From: Octopus sinensis | Lineage: Eukaryota | Assembly: GCF_006345805.1 (NCBI RefSeq) | Contig: NC_043018.1 | Coordinates: 10,602,001-10,666,000, forward strand | Direction of reading: 5' to 3' | Length of the DNA: 64,000 nt | Part shown: positions 63,542 to 64,000 of the stretch, piece after piece | Layout of the letters: each line of letters opens with the position of its first letter | How positions within the stretch are numbered: position 1 is the stretch's first letter | Program-made: the position numbers and the translations under genes | The notes under the pieces: model-generated | Told to the model about the DNA's origin: nothing | The model's database searches: none | The model's input: the letters and a program-made list of their open reading frames with translations, nothing else

Positions 63542-63765
63542 AGTTCTATATTTAAGAGATGCGGAATTACGTACATTATTTACATTATTTACAATTGAGC
63601 GATATTTGTCCTCATCTTGTTTGTTGCTAGCACAACGTTTCGGCTGATATACCCTCCAGCCTTCATCAGGTGTCTTGGGGTAATTTCGAACCTGGGTTCT
63701 CATTCCTAAGGTTTTTTTTTGTTTTCTTTTTCGATGTCAGAAGCCCGCGTTCTTAACCACTTACA
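63542..63765 (-). mobile_element. tRNA-headed HHR element, minus copy (head partly deleted); HHR at 63629-63674
   Basis: gtggttaagaacgcgggct..acatcga..ccttaggaatgagaacccagg..GACAC-CUGAUGA-a-GGCUG..CAGCC-GAAA-CG-UU-GUG. Confidence 0.8.
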
Positions 63766-64000
63766 CATATAGCGTAGTGGTTAAGAGTGCGGGCTACTAA
63801 CACTAAGATTCCGAGTTTGATTCCAGGCAGTGACCTGAATAATACTAATAATAATACTAATAATAATAATAATATAATAATAATAATAATAATAATAATA
63901 ACATCGAGAAAAAAATCCTTAGGAATAAGAACCTGATGAAAGCTGGAAGGTATATCAGCCGAAACGTTGTGTTAACAACAAACAAGGTGGGGACAAATAT
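63766..64000 (+). mobile_element. tRNA-headed HHR element, plus copy (runs off the window); HHR remnant at 63929-63974
   Basis: A box tagcgtagtgg (63770-63780), B box-like agtttgattcc (63814-63824), (AAT)n linker, ctgatga..cagccgaaacgttgtgtt. Confidence 0.8.

Overview
Repeat-saturated, AT-rich eukaryotic DNA. The SINE families and the (TATG)n, (ATT)n and (CA)n load fit an octopus-type coleoid cephalopod; this is inferred from repeat content only. No intact protein-coding gene is evident, and almost all long ORFs in the track are microsatellite translations or decayed transposons. The window holds more than 25 tRNA-derived SINE copies, Penelope-like element (PLE) fragments with fold-back inversions, a near-complete CR1 LINE, L1/Tx1 and R4/Dong LINE fragments, Tc1/mariner relics, hAT and Merlin-like MITEs with 8-bp TSDs, Helitron/Helentron derivatives, several mini-satellites and one N gap. 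The main signal is a set of minimal type I hammerhead ribozyme (HHR) motifs in six distinct short element families. Their catalytic cores covary at the 3:8 pair (C:G, U:A, G:C), one family has an A6U core, and one family joins a tRNA-like Pol III head to an HHR. A second system is a ~505-bp element found only inside (AAT)n arrays next to an R4/Dong relic. Four weak minus-strand exon candidates hint at a long-intron host gene. All coordinates were read by eye and repeat edges are approximate.
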